Source: a candidate division WOR-3 bacterium
GTDB taxonomy: Bacteria > Hydrothermota > Tepidihabitantia > SM23-42 > JAOAFX01
Direction: 5' to 3'
Length of the DNA: 58,035 bases
NCBI GenBank assembly: GCA_965649105.1
Contig: CBFGJP010000004.1
Span: 1 to 58,035 of the forward strand
Shown here: positions 10,217 through 20,998 of the stretch, piece by piece
Position numbering within the stretch: the first letter of the stretch is position 1
Layout of the letters: each line of letters starts with the position of its first letter
The notes under the pieces: model-generated
Databases searched by the model: none
What the model was told of the DNA's origin: nothing
Seen by the model: the letters and a program-made list of their open reading frames with translations, nothing else
Made by a program: the position numbers and the translations under genes

Positions 10217-11410
10217 TCATTTTTTTCTACCTTCAATAAACCAGATATCTTCTTCTAATTGTTTTATCCAGACTTCGCATCTTTCAATCTCAGTCCTTAC
10301 ATAAGAAGCAAACTGACTATCATCCTTTGCTTGCTTATAATAATTCTCAGCCTGTCTAAGGAGATTGAGTGCTGCCTTTGCTTCACCAATAGTTGATTTA
10401 TTTTTCTTCTTGTCAAAGACTGCTTTTCTCTGGGCGCCTCTCCGTTCATAAATGTCACCCAATAGCACATAGGCATAGTTATTATCTGAAGAGAGCTTTA
10501 ACGCGTCGCGTACCATATTCTCGGCTTCATTAAGTTTGCCCTTGCTTATCTGCAAATCGGCAAGATAAAGGATGGGCAATGGATTATCCGGGGCAAGTTT
10601 TTTTGCTTCCAGATATTCTTTTTCCGCATTGGCATATTTTTTTTGTTTGGCATAGATTGAGCCCAGCTGGAGACGGTAGAAATAGTAATCAGGCTTTTTG
10701 GTAATTAAAAAATTATACTCCGTGATTGCCTTATCATAGTATTTTAAATCAAGATATGTCTTTGCCAACAATTCCCTTACATCCACTGCCTCAGGTTTTT
10801 TCCCCCTTAGTGTTTCCAGATAATTTACTGCTTTATCCGGTTCGCCTTTATCAATATAGATATTTGCTATCGCTTTAATCGCAACAAGGTTATCGGGTTC
10901 AAATTTTAATGCCCTGGAGTAATACCATAGTGCTTTATCATAATCTTTGATTTTGGTATAAACAAAACCAAGTCCATTGAGAATATTTACATTTGTAGAA
11001 TCAAATTGATAGGCAGTCAGATATTCGCTTATTGCCTCACCGTATTTTTTCTGGTCAGTATAGAGTGCTGCAAGCCCTTCGTAAGCCCGGGTATCCTTGG
11101 GTTCAATTTTTTGAGCATGATTATATACCGATTCAGCAGCGGCATATTCATGTTTTGCTCGGTAAATCTGAGCAATTGCTATATACGCTCCATAAAATTT
11201 GGAATTTAATTTTACTGCTTCATTAAAATGAGACAATGCCTCATCATATTTAACCTGTTTTAAATATTCATAGCCGATTGAATATTCTTCTTGTGCCTTT
11301 GCCTTTGCATCTTCAGTCGGTTCCGGTTCGGTTTTTTGAACAGGTTGCGTGGCAACACAGGCTAATAGGATTAAGCCTATTATTGAAAATAAAACAATCT
11401 TCCCTTTCAT
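10217..11410 (-). CDS. Tetratricopeptide-repeat lipoprotein
   Basis: Lipobox LLAC after a signal peptide; multiple TPR consensus repeats. Confidence 0.88.
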   Translation of the reverse strand: MKGKIVLFSIIGLILLACVATQPVQKTEPEPTEDAKAKAQEEYSIGYEYLKQVKYDEALSHFNEAVKLNSKFYGAYIAIAQIYRAKHEYAAAESVYNHAQKIEPKDTRAYEGLAALYTDQKKYGEAISEYLTAYQFDSTNVNILNGLGFVYTKIKDYDKALWYYSRALKFEPDNLVAIKAIANIYIDKGEPDKAVNYLETLRGKKPEAVDVRELLAKTYLDLKYYDKAITEYNFLITKKPDYYFYRLQLGSIYAKQKKYANAEKEYLEAKKLAPDNPLPILYLADLQISKGKLNEAENMVRDALKLSSDNNYAYVLLGDIYERRGAQRKAVFDKKKNKSTIGEAKAALNLLRQAENYYKQAKDDSQFASYVRTEIERCEVWIKQLEEDIWFIEGRKK

Positions 11411-11448
11411 TTTTTCTCCTTTCTTTATTTATATTTATTTATTTTTAA

Positions 11449-11521
11449 TGGAGCCGACGGGATTCGAACCCGCGACCTCTTGACTGCCAGTCAAGCGCTC
11501 TCCCAACTGGGCTACGGCCCC
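11449..11521 (-). tRNA. tRNA-Ala(GGC), CCA not encoded
   Basis: Reverse complement GGGGCCGTAGCCCAGTTGGGAGAGCGCTTGACTGGCAGTCAAGAGGTCGCGGGTTCGAATCCCGTCGGCTCCA. Cloverleaf, anticodon GGC, G3:U70 alanine identity pair. Confidence 0.97.
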
Positions 11522-11537
11522 ATATTTAATACATACA

Positions 11538-11565
11538 ATTTTATCCAGTCTGGAGAAATTGTCAA
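11538..11565 (-). promoter_or_regulatory. Sigma70-like promoter for tRNA-Ala
   Basis: TTGACA-N16-TAAAAT on the minus strand. Confidence 0.65.
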
Positions 11566-11577
11566 TACTTAATTTAG

Positions 11578-11605
11578 TTGACAAACTGCGCTTTTTATAT
11601 ATTCT
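11578..11605 (+). promoter_or_regulatory. Sigma70-like promoter, probably leaderless
   Basis: TTGACA-N16-TATTCT, 6 nt before the GTG at 11612. Confidence 0.6.
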
Positions 11606-11611
11606 TTATTT

Positions 11612-12331
11612 GTGCAATTGCTCTTCGTAATATTTCTTCTTGAACCATTTCGTACTATTGAATTGCCCGTCAGATGCCAGAAACTTGAATATTATGAAGG
11701 GATGTTTTATTTAATTCAAAAAAACAACAGGGGAATAGTCAGAGTTGATACTTTGAACAATGTGCAAAATATATCGATTGAAGGGAATGTAAATAATTGC
11801 ATTTACGGATTTAATCTGACCCCTTTTTATATTTATTTGAATATGATGGGCGGGATCTTTAAATTGGCTATCAATACCGGACTTATAGAAAATATTTATA
11901 AAGGTGATGTGGTTTCTTTTGTCTTAACTGATGCTGAAGAGATAGTTCTCGCCGACCGATTGGAAAAAGAAGTTTTATTTTTAGATCGCCAGTACCAAAT
12001 TCGATTAATGAAAAAGAATCTCAATATAGTTGATATGGATTATTTTGACCATCGAGTTTATCTTTTAACAAGAAAAGAAATTATTGTGTTTGATGAATAT
12101 GGGAATGTGGTTCAAAAAATAAAAATTTTACCAGGAAGCGAACGAATATTGGTTGCCGAAAAAATTTATCTTTTTACCCCGGGGCAAAAGACTGTCCTTG
12201 TTAAAGAAGGCAAATGGCAAAGGATTGAATTAAGCAGCCCATTTATTGATTTAAATAAAAACGAAAATTTTATTTTTACCCTAAGCCAGTATGGCGATTC
12301 TATTTATATTTATAATAAATCAGATTTCTGA
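11612..12331 (+). CDS. Hypothetical exported protein, probable beta-propeller
   Basis: Short hydrophobic N-terminus; repeated beta-strand units such as IVLAD, VYLLT and IIVFDEYGNVV. Confidence 0.6.
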   Translation: MQLLFVIFLLEPFRTIELPVRCQKLEYYEGMFYLIQKNNRGIVRVDTLNNVQNISIEGNVNNCIYGFNLTPFYIYLNMMGGIFKLAINTGLIENIYKGDVVSFVLTDAEEIVLADRLEKEVLFLDRQYQIRLMKKNLNIVDMDYFDHRVYLLTRKEIIVFDEYGNVVQKIKILPGSERILVAEKIYLFTPGQKTVLVKEGKWQRIELSSPFIDLNKNENFIFTLSQYGDSIYIYNKSDF

Positions 12332-15002
12332 ATCAGATACTTTATACCAACTTGATTCAGTTTATTACAATTTCCGATTGATTGTTATCGATACGGGTTT
12401 GGTAATGGATACAACCTATATACAGGTTTCTGAAAAAAAAGATGAGATTCCTAAGGATCGATTAAAAATTAGTGGGACAAAGGATTTTTCTTTTGACATT
12501 GAAGAAGGTTTTGACCAGGGATTGAAACTTTATGTGGGGGGAGAGGTAGAAGGTGTTAAGATAAGGGGTGCACTATCTGACCAGGGGATAGATGTTCCGA
12601 CCCGAAGGATTTCCGACATTGAAAAAATGAAACTCGAAATCTGGTCAAGAAATTTTTATGGGGGTCTGGGTGATCTCAGTCTGGCATTGCCGTTTGAGAT
12701 AAACAATGAGATCAGTGGTGTGAGAATGGGTTTTATTCAGCAGGAAAATAATATCAACTTTTCTTATGCCCTTAATCGCGGGAAATACCGCCGGATTGAA
12801 TTTGACGGTGAAGAAGGGAAACAGGGTCCATATTTTCTTTCCGGCAGGGTTGTTTATAATTCGGAAAAAGTTTATTTTTCCGACCTTATGAATTCGGCAA
12901 GAATTTTAATGGTGGATGTGGATTATAACATCGACTACGAACAGGGCATAATTAACTTCACCAATAAAAATATAATCACCGCAAATACCCACATCATTAT
13001 AGAATACATGGAGACGACCGAAGATTACACAAATATCTATCAGGAACTGGATGCACAATATCGGGTCAAAGATTTTCAGTTTAATTCTATTTTTCATCGC
13101 ACCTATGATGATTATAACAGTCCGCTCGGATTTCAGTTAAATTCAGAAGAGATCGAGAGTTTAAAAGTCAGCGGTGATAGTTCAAGGGTGAGACATATTT
13201 ATGCAGACACTTCATCATCCGGCAATTATGATCTGATCGACGGAAGATTCGTTTATGTTGGCGAAGGCAATGGGCATTATCGGGTTTCTTTTTTCTATGT
13301 GGGTGAGAATAAGGGAGAATATAGATACGATGCGAGAATCAAGGGGTTTGTTTATACCGGAGAAAATCTGGGCAATTATACCCCTGAGAAATATATTACC
13401 CTGCCTGCGGACAATCAATTTTATGGATTCAGTCTGAAACATCGTGTTGGATTTTCGGGGAGATTTTACAGTTCAAAGGTCGATAAAAATAAATTTTCGC
13501 TTTTAGATGATGAGAATAATACCGCAAAGGGATATGAATTGAATTTAGAGAGAATAATGGGTATCTTTTTAATTATGAGCAAATATGTAAATTACGATCA
13601 AGACCTTTATCAGCCCAAAGGCAGGCAGGATATGAATTATAATTATGAGTGGAATACTACCGAACCTTTAAATGAACTTTTCCAGTTAAATTCCAAAATA
13701 AGACCCGGGGAAAATTTTGAAATTGATATGGGCTATGGGCTCCTGAATCGCCAACACCAAAAGAGGTCTGTTTATTTAAAACCGCTTTTTTTCTATGGCG
13801 GTTATGAAGATATTGATACAATCAATAAATATATCATTGGTATGAGAAAGCAGCTAAGCAATTTTTCATTTTATACCCAGTATTTAAATCAGGAAGGTGA
13901 ACATTATACAGAGTGCAGGACAAATTATCTCTTTCAAAAGGATAAGTCCATCGTTATATCAGGAAATTATGAAAGAAGCAAAAACGGTAGGGCAGTCCTT
14001 ACAAAACTTGATTTTTCAACAAAGCCGCTCAGTGCCTCATTAGGCACTCGATTTTTTAATGATACTACATTCATATTTTTAAATACCGGTTTAAATATTT
14101 ACTATAAAAATTTCCGGCTTAGCGGTGAACTGGAGCAATCGCAGAGATATACCCAGAAAAAAGATGAGATTTATGTAAAGGTTCCTTCTGGAACTGGAGA
14201 TTATGTCTATGACCCAATAACGCAGACCTATATTCCGAAGGAGAAGGGTGATTATATCAAACAGACGGTGCTACTGCAGGAATTTCAGCGGGTTAAGAGC
14301 AGGAGGTATAATCTTGAGCCTGATTTTTCTTATGGCATATTTGATACAAAGGCAAGACTTTTTTATCTTGATGAAGAAAATTATACCAATCGTCGGGAAG
14401 AGATATTTGTCAACCTTACAACAGATGAGAAACACCTTGAGATAAATTTCCAGGAAGCATTTTCAAAGGATGGGCGTTATGCACTCGAGCCCCTCTTTCA
14501 ATCCCAATATCGGTTTTCTTTAAACCCGGGTTATAAGAAATTTTATAATTATTATTCATTAGAATATCGCAGTGAAAAATGGCATACATTTCTAAGGGAA
14601 GAAAGAACTGAGTACGGTTTGGCAATGGATTTAGAAGTGATTGAAAACCCTCAGGTGAAGCCTTTCGCTGGTTATAAATACAGCAAGATTTTTTCTGAAT
14701 TCTTTCCGGATTTGATATTTCTTTTGCAGACACCTTCGGCAGGTTTGCTTTTAGGGAGACCAATAAAAGATCAGGGGCGGATTGAATTGACCGGGGAATT
14801 GATTTATCATAAATACAATGTGGAAGATGTTCCTTATTTATTCAGTGCAAATGAGCCTCCAGGTTTGACAAAGATATTTAATCTCAGTGGTTCTTTAGGG
14901 ATAGGTAATAATACAACTTTCAGTTTAATATATCGGATCCAGTTTCCGCCTGGTGAGTCACCAATGCAAAATTTAAAATTCCAGACAAGGATAAAATTCT
15001 GA
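12291..15002 (+). CDS. Large uncharacterised outer-membrane beta-barrel protein
   Basis: 903 aa with C-terminal Phe and amphipathic strands; contains a QGPYFL...SEKVY...DYNIDYEQGIINF motif. Confidence 0.7.
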   Translation: MAILFIFIINQISESDTLYQLDSVYYNFRLIVIDTGLVMDTTYIQVSEKKDEIPKDRLKISGTKDFSFDIEEGFDQGLKLYVGGEVEGVKIRGALSDQGIDVPTRRISDIEKMKLEIWSRNFYGGLGDLSLALPFEINNEISGVRMGFIQQENNINFSYALNRGKYRRIEFDGEEGKQGPYFLSGRVVYNSEKVYFSDLMNSARILMVDVDYNIDYEQGIINFTNKNIITANTHIIIEYMETTEDYTNIYQELDAQYRVKDFQFNSIFHRTYDDYNSPLGFQLNSEEIESLKVSGDSSRVRHIYADTSSSGNYDLIDGRFVYVGEGNGHYRVSFFYVGENKGEYRYDARIKGFVYTGENLGNYTPEKYITLPADNQFYGFSLKHRVGFSGRFYSSKVDKNKFSLLDDENNTAKGYELNLERIMGIFLIMSKYVNYDQDLYQPKGRQDMNYNYEWNTTEPLNELFQLNSKIRPGENFEIDMGYGLLNRQHQKRSVYLKPLFFYGGYEDIDTINKYIIGMRKQLSNFSFYTQYLNQEGEHYTECRTNYLFQKDKSIVISGNYERSKNGRAVLTKLDFSTKPLSASLGTRFFNDTTFIFLNTGLNIYYKNFRLSGELEQSQRYTQKKDEIYVKVPSGTGDYVYDPITQTYIPKEKGDYIKQTVLLQEFQRVKSRRYNLEPDFSYGIFDTKARLFYLDEENYTNRREEIFVNLTTDEKHLEINFQEAFSKDGRYALEPLFQSQYRFSLNPGYKKFYNYYSLEYRSEKWHTFLREERTEYGLAMDLEVIENPQVKPFAGYKYSKIFSEFFPDLIFLLQTPSAGLLLGRPIKDQGRIELTGELIYHKYNVEDVPYLFSANEPPGLTKIFNLSGSLGIGNNTTFSLIYRIQFPPGESPMQNLKFQTRIKF

Positions 15003-15823
15003 TGGCTGATAAATATCGCGAATTTTACGAACTTGCCGGTAAGCGCTATCCTGAAGATAAATTGACCTATTCAAGTTTGAGCGGAATAATGAGGAAGAAA
15101 TGGGTGTTAAAGAAAATGGCACAGTTGCCCGGGGGTATCCTACTTGATTGCGGTTGCAATATCGGACGGCTTTCTTCAGGATGGAAAAAGGGGATGGTTA
15201 TCGGAATTGATATTGCATATTCTTTGCTTGCACGGGGCAAAAAAATTTTCCCCTATATAAATTTTATTCAGGGTGATTTGCGAAACATTGAATTTTTTAA
15301 GGCAGATTCAATAGATAATGCAATTGCGATTGAGGTTATTGAGCATCTTGACGATGTAGATGATTTTCTTATTGGATTATTTAACATCCTCAAAAGCGGT
15401 GGCATGGTATTAATCACGACCCCTTCTTATTCAAAAAAACGTCCAATTATGACAAAACTTGGTGTTCTCAGGAGTTTCGGGATAAAATTTGGTGTGGAGG
15501 GTGAAAGTTATCTTCATACTGCTTATAGACCCAGCGAATTAAAAATACTTGTTGAAAAATTCGGTTTTAAAATTATTGAGTGGGGTAGTTTTGAATTTGA
15601 ATCACGGGGTTGGGTCAAACCTTTTACTATATTAACACGCATATTTGAATATATTTCTGGTAGATTTTTCCCTTCTTCATTGCTAAATATTTTATTTGTT
15701 GAATATCTTAATAGAATTGAGGTTGACAGTTTTTTTATACTTGATACATTCGGTTTAGGTAGACTAATAAAATTATTTTTTAAAGAAGGAAGGCGCTCTT
15801 ATGTGCTGGCAAAAAAGCCTTAG
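15002..15823 (+). CDS. Class I SAM-dependent methyltransferase
   Basis: LLDCGCNIG motif I, GIDI, EVIEHL, ILKSGG. Coupled to the upstream gene by a TGATG overlap. Confidence 0.9.
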   Translation: MADKYREFYELAGKRYPEDKLTYSSLSGIMRKKWVLKKMAQLPGGILLDCGCNIGRLSSGWKKGMVIGIDIAYSLLARGKKIFPYINFIQGDLRNIEFFKADSIDNAIAIEVIEHLDDVDDFLIGLFNILKSGGMVLITTPSYSKKRPIMTKLGVLRSFGIKFGVEGESYLHTAYRPSELKILVEKFGFKIIEWGSFEFESRGWVKPFTILTRIFEYISGRFFPSSLLNILFVEYLNRIEVDSFFILDTFGLGRLIKLFFKEGRRSYVLAKKP

Positions 15824-15826
15824 GAT

Positions 15827-16840
15827 ATGAAATTACAAGAATTTTATTATGAATTGCCCGAGGGACTGATTGCCCAGTATCCGCTTGAGAATAGGGCAGA
15901 GGCACGGTTATTGGTTTTGAATAGGAATACTGGTGAAATGCTCCATCGCCGTTTTTATGAAATATTAGATTATTTTTCAAAAGGTGATATTCTTGTTCTA
16001 AATGATACAAAGGTTTTTAAAGCACGATTATTAGGTAGAAAAGAGACCGGTGCCCGGATTGATATTCTGGTGATTTCATACAAAGGCAATGAATGTACTG
16101 CACTGATTAATCCAGGTCGAAGGATCCGTGATAATACAAAGATCATCTTTAGTGATGATTTTTCTGCCTGGGTTAGAAATAGAGAAAAAGGGAAATACTA
16201 TCTTGAATTTAACGGTAGAGTTGAAGATATAATAGCACATTTGGGCAAAGTTCCCCTGCCACATTACATAAAAAGACCTGCGGAAAATCTTGATGAGAGA
16301 GAATATCAAACAATTTATGCACAGAAGACCGGTTCAATTGCAGCACCGACTGCGGGATTACATTTTACTAAAGAACTGCTTGATGAACTAAAAAACATTG
16401 GTGTGGAGATTGTATATATCACACTCCATATCGGTCCTGGCACATTTAAACCAATACGGACAGAAAATATTGAAAATCATTTTATGGACCCCGAATATGT
16501 TGAGGTTTCTGAGGAAACAGCAGAAACGATAAATGCTGGAGATAGAATAATTGGTGTGGGTACCTCAGTAACACGAGCACTTGAATATATCGCAGGCAAA
16601 AATGTAAACTCAAGTAAAAAAATCACTCCGTTTTCGGGCTGGGCTGAACTATTTATTTATCCGAGTTATAAATTTAAGGTTATAGACTGCCTTATTACAA
16701 ATTTCCATCTGCCCTGTTCAACACCACTTTTACTCGTCTGTGCCTTTGCCGGCAAGGATTTGATATTTAAGGCATACAAAGAAGCGATTCAACAAAAATA
16801 TCGTTTTTTATCTTATGGCGATGCGATGCTCATAATTTGA
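15827..16840 (+). CDS. queA: S-adenosylmethionine:tRNA ribosyltransferase-isomerase
   Basis: LIAQYP, NDTKVFKARL, PLPHYIKR, YQTIYA, GSIAAPTAGLHFT, TNFHLP, YRFLSYGDAM. Confidence 0.98.
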   Translation: MKLQEFYYELPEGLIAQYPLENRAEARLLVLNRNTGEMLHRRFYEILDYFSKGDILVLNDTKVFKARLLGRKETGARIDILVISYKGNECTALINPGRRIRDNTKIIFSDDFSAWVRNREKGKYYLEFNGRVEDIIAHLGKVPLPHYIKRPAENLDEREYQTIYAQKTGSIAAPTAGLHFTKELLDELKNIGVEIVYITLHIGPGTFKPIRTENIENHFMDPEYVEVSEETAETINAGDRIIGVGTSVTRALEYIAGKNVNSSKKITPFSGWAELFIYPSYKFKVIDCLITNFHLPCSTPLLLVCAFAGKDLIFKAYKEAIQQKYRFLSYGDAMLII

Positions 16841-16865
16841 ATAATTTTTTAACGCCGATTGAGAT

Positions 16866-18632
16866 TTATCTAAGGAGAACCGCTTTCTCTAATGTCCTGA
16901 TTTTTCCAGATTCTAATCTGATGAAATAGATACCGTTAGGTAATGGGCGTCCGGATTCATCATCGCCAGACCACACAATTTGGTTGAATGGTTGAATGGT
17001 TAAATGGTTAAATGACTTGACCAACCTTCCTGAAACATCATAGATATTAAGAGTAGCGAGTAGTCTGTCAATCTGCGTGGCGGAGTAAAGAGTAGAGAGA
17101 TTGGAATTTGGGATTTGGAATTTAATCACGCAGTGATTTGTGAAAGGATTTGGATAGACTTCCAGTTTTACCCCTTCACCTTCTACCTTAAATCTTTCAC
17201 CCTCTTCAATCCCTTGTGCACGCTTGATATAAAAGACCGGCGAATATGTGGAATCATATCTGCCATTGCCCTCTACCACAAGCCAGAGCCGGTTTGACAT
17301 ATTGCTCTGGGTATCAGGAACAACCCAGGAACAGAGTGTATCGGTAGCCAGACCCTGATAAATCAGTTGGCACCCGAATTGTGGATGTGCCCAGTAAAGT
17401 CTTAAAGAATCAAGACCAATCGTCTCATCCAACTTCCAGCGGGGATAGACCGTATCATTTGCCCAGAATGTATCATACTGAACCGGGCAGAACCAAGTAA
17501 CCTCAGGGGTCTTTTCATAGATTCTTGTCTGATTCCCACCTGAGATTACAATTTCATTCAATCCATTATTGTCAAGGTCGTTGGTAATTCGGATACTTGT
17601 GCCTAAAGAATTGCCGGGTAAAGTCTGCCAGACATAGAAGGAATCATTACCCGCGGATTTGATGAGATAGACATAACTTGCGGACTCAAGGGCAATTTCA
17701 GGGATTGAATCACCATCTACATCACCGACATCCGAATAACCACCACCATAATCCCAGTCCTGACTATTGGGGAGATGGAATGATTTGATGATTTGGTATG
17801 TATTATTTCCTGTTGCCTCAAAGATAAAGCAATCGGTTCGGGCATCAGGGATAACAAACCCCTTTACCACAAACTCCAACTTACCATCCCCATCCATATC
17901 AGGGACGGTAAAGCAGTCCTTGACATTCGCCGTAGGAAGTTGTTGGGAAGTGATTTCTTGATATGAATTGTTGCCAATACATTCAAAAATACTATACTGG
18001 CCAGCAGAATAACCGAAGACAAATTCATTCTTATTATCTAAATCAAAGTCCCCAAAGGCAAGAGTAGATGAAGAATTATAGGGAACAGCGGTTGTGATCT
18101 CAGCAATTTTGTCATAAAGATTATTGCCTACGGATTCGTAAATATGGAGATGAATGTAGTTACCCAACACTTTTACAACCTCTGGTACTCCATCCATGTC
18201 AATGTCATAAACGCAGATTGGAACAACTAAACCCTGTCCCACCGTATCCCGCCAGACCTCCTGGGTGGGATAAGAAAAGGAATCGGGGGATTCAAAGATC
18301 ATTATCCCAACCGCCAATGAAGGATTTTCAATATGAAATTGTAAGACGAGATTGTATAACCCATCATTATCAAAATCTCCCGAACACCACAGTAAATTGC
18401 CCCCTGAAAGTGGCACTGAATCCGTTAGCCAACTATTAGATGAATGAAATTCGTAAAAGTGGAGATAAGCTGGCCAGCTTCCGTAGGTAGTAAAAATTAT
18501 TTCTGTTTTATCGTCTCTATCCGTATCCGCAATTTCTGTTTTTGTAGGAACCATACCTTGACCTTGTGGTATATACCATTTCTGGCTGAAACCAGAAGTC
18601 AAAAAACAGAAAACCAGTAGACATTCTGCCAT
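16866..18632 (-). CDS. Secreted FG-GAP/VCBS-repeat protein with FlgD/T9SS-type C-terminal sorting domain
   Basis: Signal peptide; repeated D.D.DG..E motifs; C-terminal YPNPF...IYDVSGRLVK...W.G.D..G...GIYFIRL. Confidence 0.88.
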   Translation of the reverse strand: MAECLLVFCFLTSGFSQKWYIPQGQGMVPTKTEIADTDRDDKTEIIFTTYGSWPAYLHFYEFHSSNSWLTDSVPLSGGNLLWCSGDFDNDGLYNLVLQFHIENPSLAVGIMIFESPDSFSYPTQEVWRDTVGQGLVVPICVYDIDMDGVPEVVKVLGNYIHLHIYESVGNNLYDKIAEITTAVPYNSSSTLAFGDFDLDNKNEFVFGYSAGQYSIFECIGNNSYQEITSQQLPTANVKDCFTVPDMDGDGKLEFVVKGFVIPDARTDCFIFEATGNNTYQIIKSFHLPNSQDWDYGGGYSDVGDVDGDSIPEIALESASYVYLIKSAGNDSFYVWQTLPGNSLGTSIRITNDLDNNGLNEIVISGGNQTRIYEKTPEVTWFCPVQYDTFWANDTVYPRWKLDETIGLDSLRLYWAHPQFGCQLIYQGLATDTLCSWVVPDTQSNMSNRLWLVVEGNGRYDSTYSPVFYIKRAQGIEEGERFKVEGEGVKLEVYPNPFTNHCVIKFQIPNSNLSTLYSATQIDRLLATLNIYDVSGRLVKSFNHLTIQPFNQIVWSGDDESGRPLPNGIYFIRLESGKIRTLEKAVLLR

Positions 18633-18646
18633 ATCTCCTCCGTAAT

Positions 18647-18671
18647 AGGGGGGCTCAATAAAGAGCCCCCT
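18647..18671. terminator. GC-rich hairpin between the two CTD-protein genes (terminator or RNA-stabilising stem)
   Basis: GGGGGCTC-AATAAA-GAGCCCCC with a weak U-tract, directly upstream of the GGAGGAG RBS of 16866-18632. Confidence 0.5.
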
Positions 18672-18681
18672 GTTGTCTATC

Positions 18682-20909
18682 TTATTCCAGTTTTACTATT
18701 TTATGAGAGAAGGTCTGTTTGGTATCAGAGTTCTCAACCCTCAGGAAGTAAACACCCGGGGAGACTTTTCTACCGTATTCATCGGTTCCATTCCAGACGA
18801 TTTGGTTAAATGGGCAATTGGTTAGATGGTTAAATTGTTTGACCAGTCTACCTGAGACATCATAGAGCTTCAGTTTTATTTCTGTGTTATTCTGAATCTG
18901 ATACCTGATGCTTAATTTGTCTCTGAATGGATTCGGGAAGATTGTAATAGCAGCATTGGAAAGTAATTTGCCTTCCTGTGCCATTGGACCAGAGGTGAGT
19001 TCTGTGGATTCCTCTTCATATTCATACTGGTAGATATAGATTGGACCAGCAGTCGCAAAACTACCAGAGATTCTATCAAAAACCACATCAATGATGCCAT
19101 CCTGATAGAATGCCGGTGGAACCCAGAATTCAAGGGTCTCAGGCTGATATGGATTGTATTTTATTTGATGCCTGGGACCATTATCAATCCTTACCCATTC
19201 TCGCCACGGTCCTGAAGATTCCTGATAGGCAACGACCTTAATCTTATAGCGATAGCCGGGCTCAAGTGGGAAGCGATAAGTAATCATCTCGTAGCCAATG
19301 TCAACTGGAATCTGCCAGTTAGAGATAAAACTATCACGGGCAATGAGATAAGGAGAGGGTGTTTCATAACCATTGATTGAAGTGAGATAAGGTGGCAATT
19401 CAGGTGGAATATATGAAAGTTTCTTAAATCTGATTTCGTAGGGTGAATCATCTCCATCAAGCCAGGCGGTGTAGAGATAAATCCTTGAGCCGATGAGCCT
19501 TGCTACAGATTGGGGATAATAAGAAGCAGGAATTGTCTGGCTGATATTGTATGGTTCGTCTGTAGAATGGACTTTATAATATATTTCAGGACCATTTATC
19601 GGTGGATAGGGGCTATCCTGAAAGACTGTGAATAGACCCGAGGCATTGACTGGAGAGCAGGATGCAGTTAGAGGTGTTTGGCTGAAGTTTTCCCAATGAA
19701 ATTCGGACTCGCTTATTTGTCGCCGTCCTTTGTACACATCTTCAAGGAGCCAGGGAGACTCTTTATGCTCCCAGACAACATAGACCATATCGCCATAGCA
19801 TTCAACAAAGGGATGGGCAGAGCGAATGCCATCCTGTTCAAATCGTGGACCCCAGTTTTCCCAGTTCTGTCCGATTTCTTTTGTCGCATAGCAGACCGTA
19901 TCCTGGCGCATCCAGACCGCATGGAGGGAATTGTTGAAACCTGAACGGGCTATTGAAGGTGAGTGACGAATTGGTGGATACATTCCACCAACTCCTGCAT
20001 CTATAAGGGTATATACTCCATTTTCAGGATTAGTAATAGGAAATGAATAGTCCTCAACCGTATGCATAACTCCGTTCATCTGTATCCTGCCGGTGCGGGT
20101 AATGAGAATGTGAACTTCATCAGGATTACCAGGAACGATTCCAATAGAAGGCGGAGAATTTAAGAATGGGTCAAAAGGCCCAACTGGATTATAAAGATGA
20201 TAGATATCACCCCACTCTCCAGGTGCAACCTGCCTCCGATACCAGAGTCCACCAATATCATCGGTCCAGGCCACTGAAGGTAGATTGTTTGAACTCAATG
20301 TAATCGCCGGGAATTTGCCTTCACCAATAGAAACGGGCAATGTCCAGTCTGTTCCGCCATTTGAAGAATATTGATAGATTACCGAACCCAGGCGGGTATA
20401 GACCAGATGCAACTTTTCAGTATTGGGTTCACGAACAAGGTGCTGATTGCCATTATAGGCAAGTGAAAGTGAGTCATCGGTATCATTGAGCATAGGACCG
20501 AGTTTGACAAGATACCCATCGTAACTACCCGAACCAAAAGAGCTCGTTATCCCTGCAACCGCATAAGTATTAAACCCGATTATTTCAACACCGAACCCTC
20601 CATCATCTTCAGAACCCCCTATTATTTTCTTCCATTGTATAATACCATTGGCATCGGTTTTTACGACATATACATCTCCAGGTGATTCAATACTCAGTCT
20701 TATCCCACCGCCAAATAGTTACCGTTGCTTGTGCACTGAATATAATTTAGTTTAGCCCCAGAATTATATGTAACATACCGTTCCAGACTGCCGATTGAAG
20801 TAAATTTCATAAAAAAAGCACCAGTCGGATTTTCGCCCACCACAACATAACCACCATCCCAGGCAACCTCTACAGATTTTCCTATACAACCAATATATTG
20901 CGAATGCAA
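18682..20909 (-). pseudogene. 5'-truncated, frameshifted secreted beta-propeller protein with FlgD/T9SS-type CTD (the 603-aa ORF 18682-20493 is its intact 3' part)
   Basis: The 603-aa frame stays open up to 20718 (DVYVVKTDANGIIQWKKIIGGSEDDGG...SFGSGSYDGYLVKL). The 69-aa ORF 20700-20909 (DGGYVVVG...GNYLAVG) carries the same propeller repeat type in another frame. No signal peptide; coding sequence ends at the REP cluster. Confidence 0.72.
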
Positions 20910-20998
20910 ACCTGAAGGTTTGCCCTACAGGTTTTCGTCCAGATGAATCTGGACGCTACATGGAAAAGATCATTCGTCCATCTAAAGATGGACGCTAC
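20906..20998 (-). repeat. Cluster of three GTAG-type REP-like palindromes
   Basis: Minus strand: GTAG-CGTCCATC-TTTA-GATGGACG (20975-20998), GTAG-CGTCCAGAT-TC-ATCTGGACG (20936-20959), GTAG-G-GCAAACCT-TC-AGGTTTGC (20906-20928). Confidence 0.8.

Noticed and set aside
11449-11521. tRNA-Ala as an integration site
   Set aside because: No integrase and no duplicated tRNA 3' end seen in the window.
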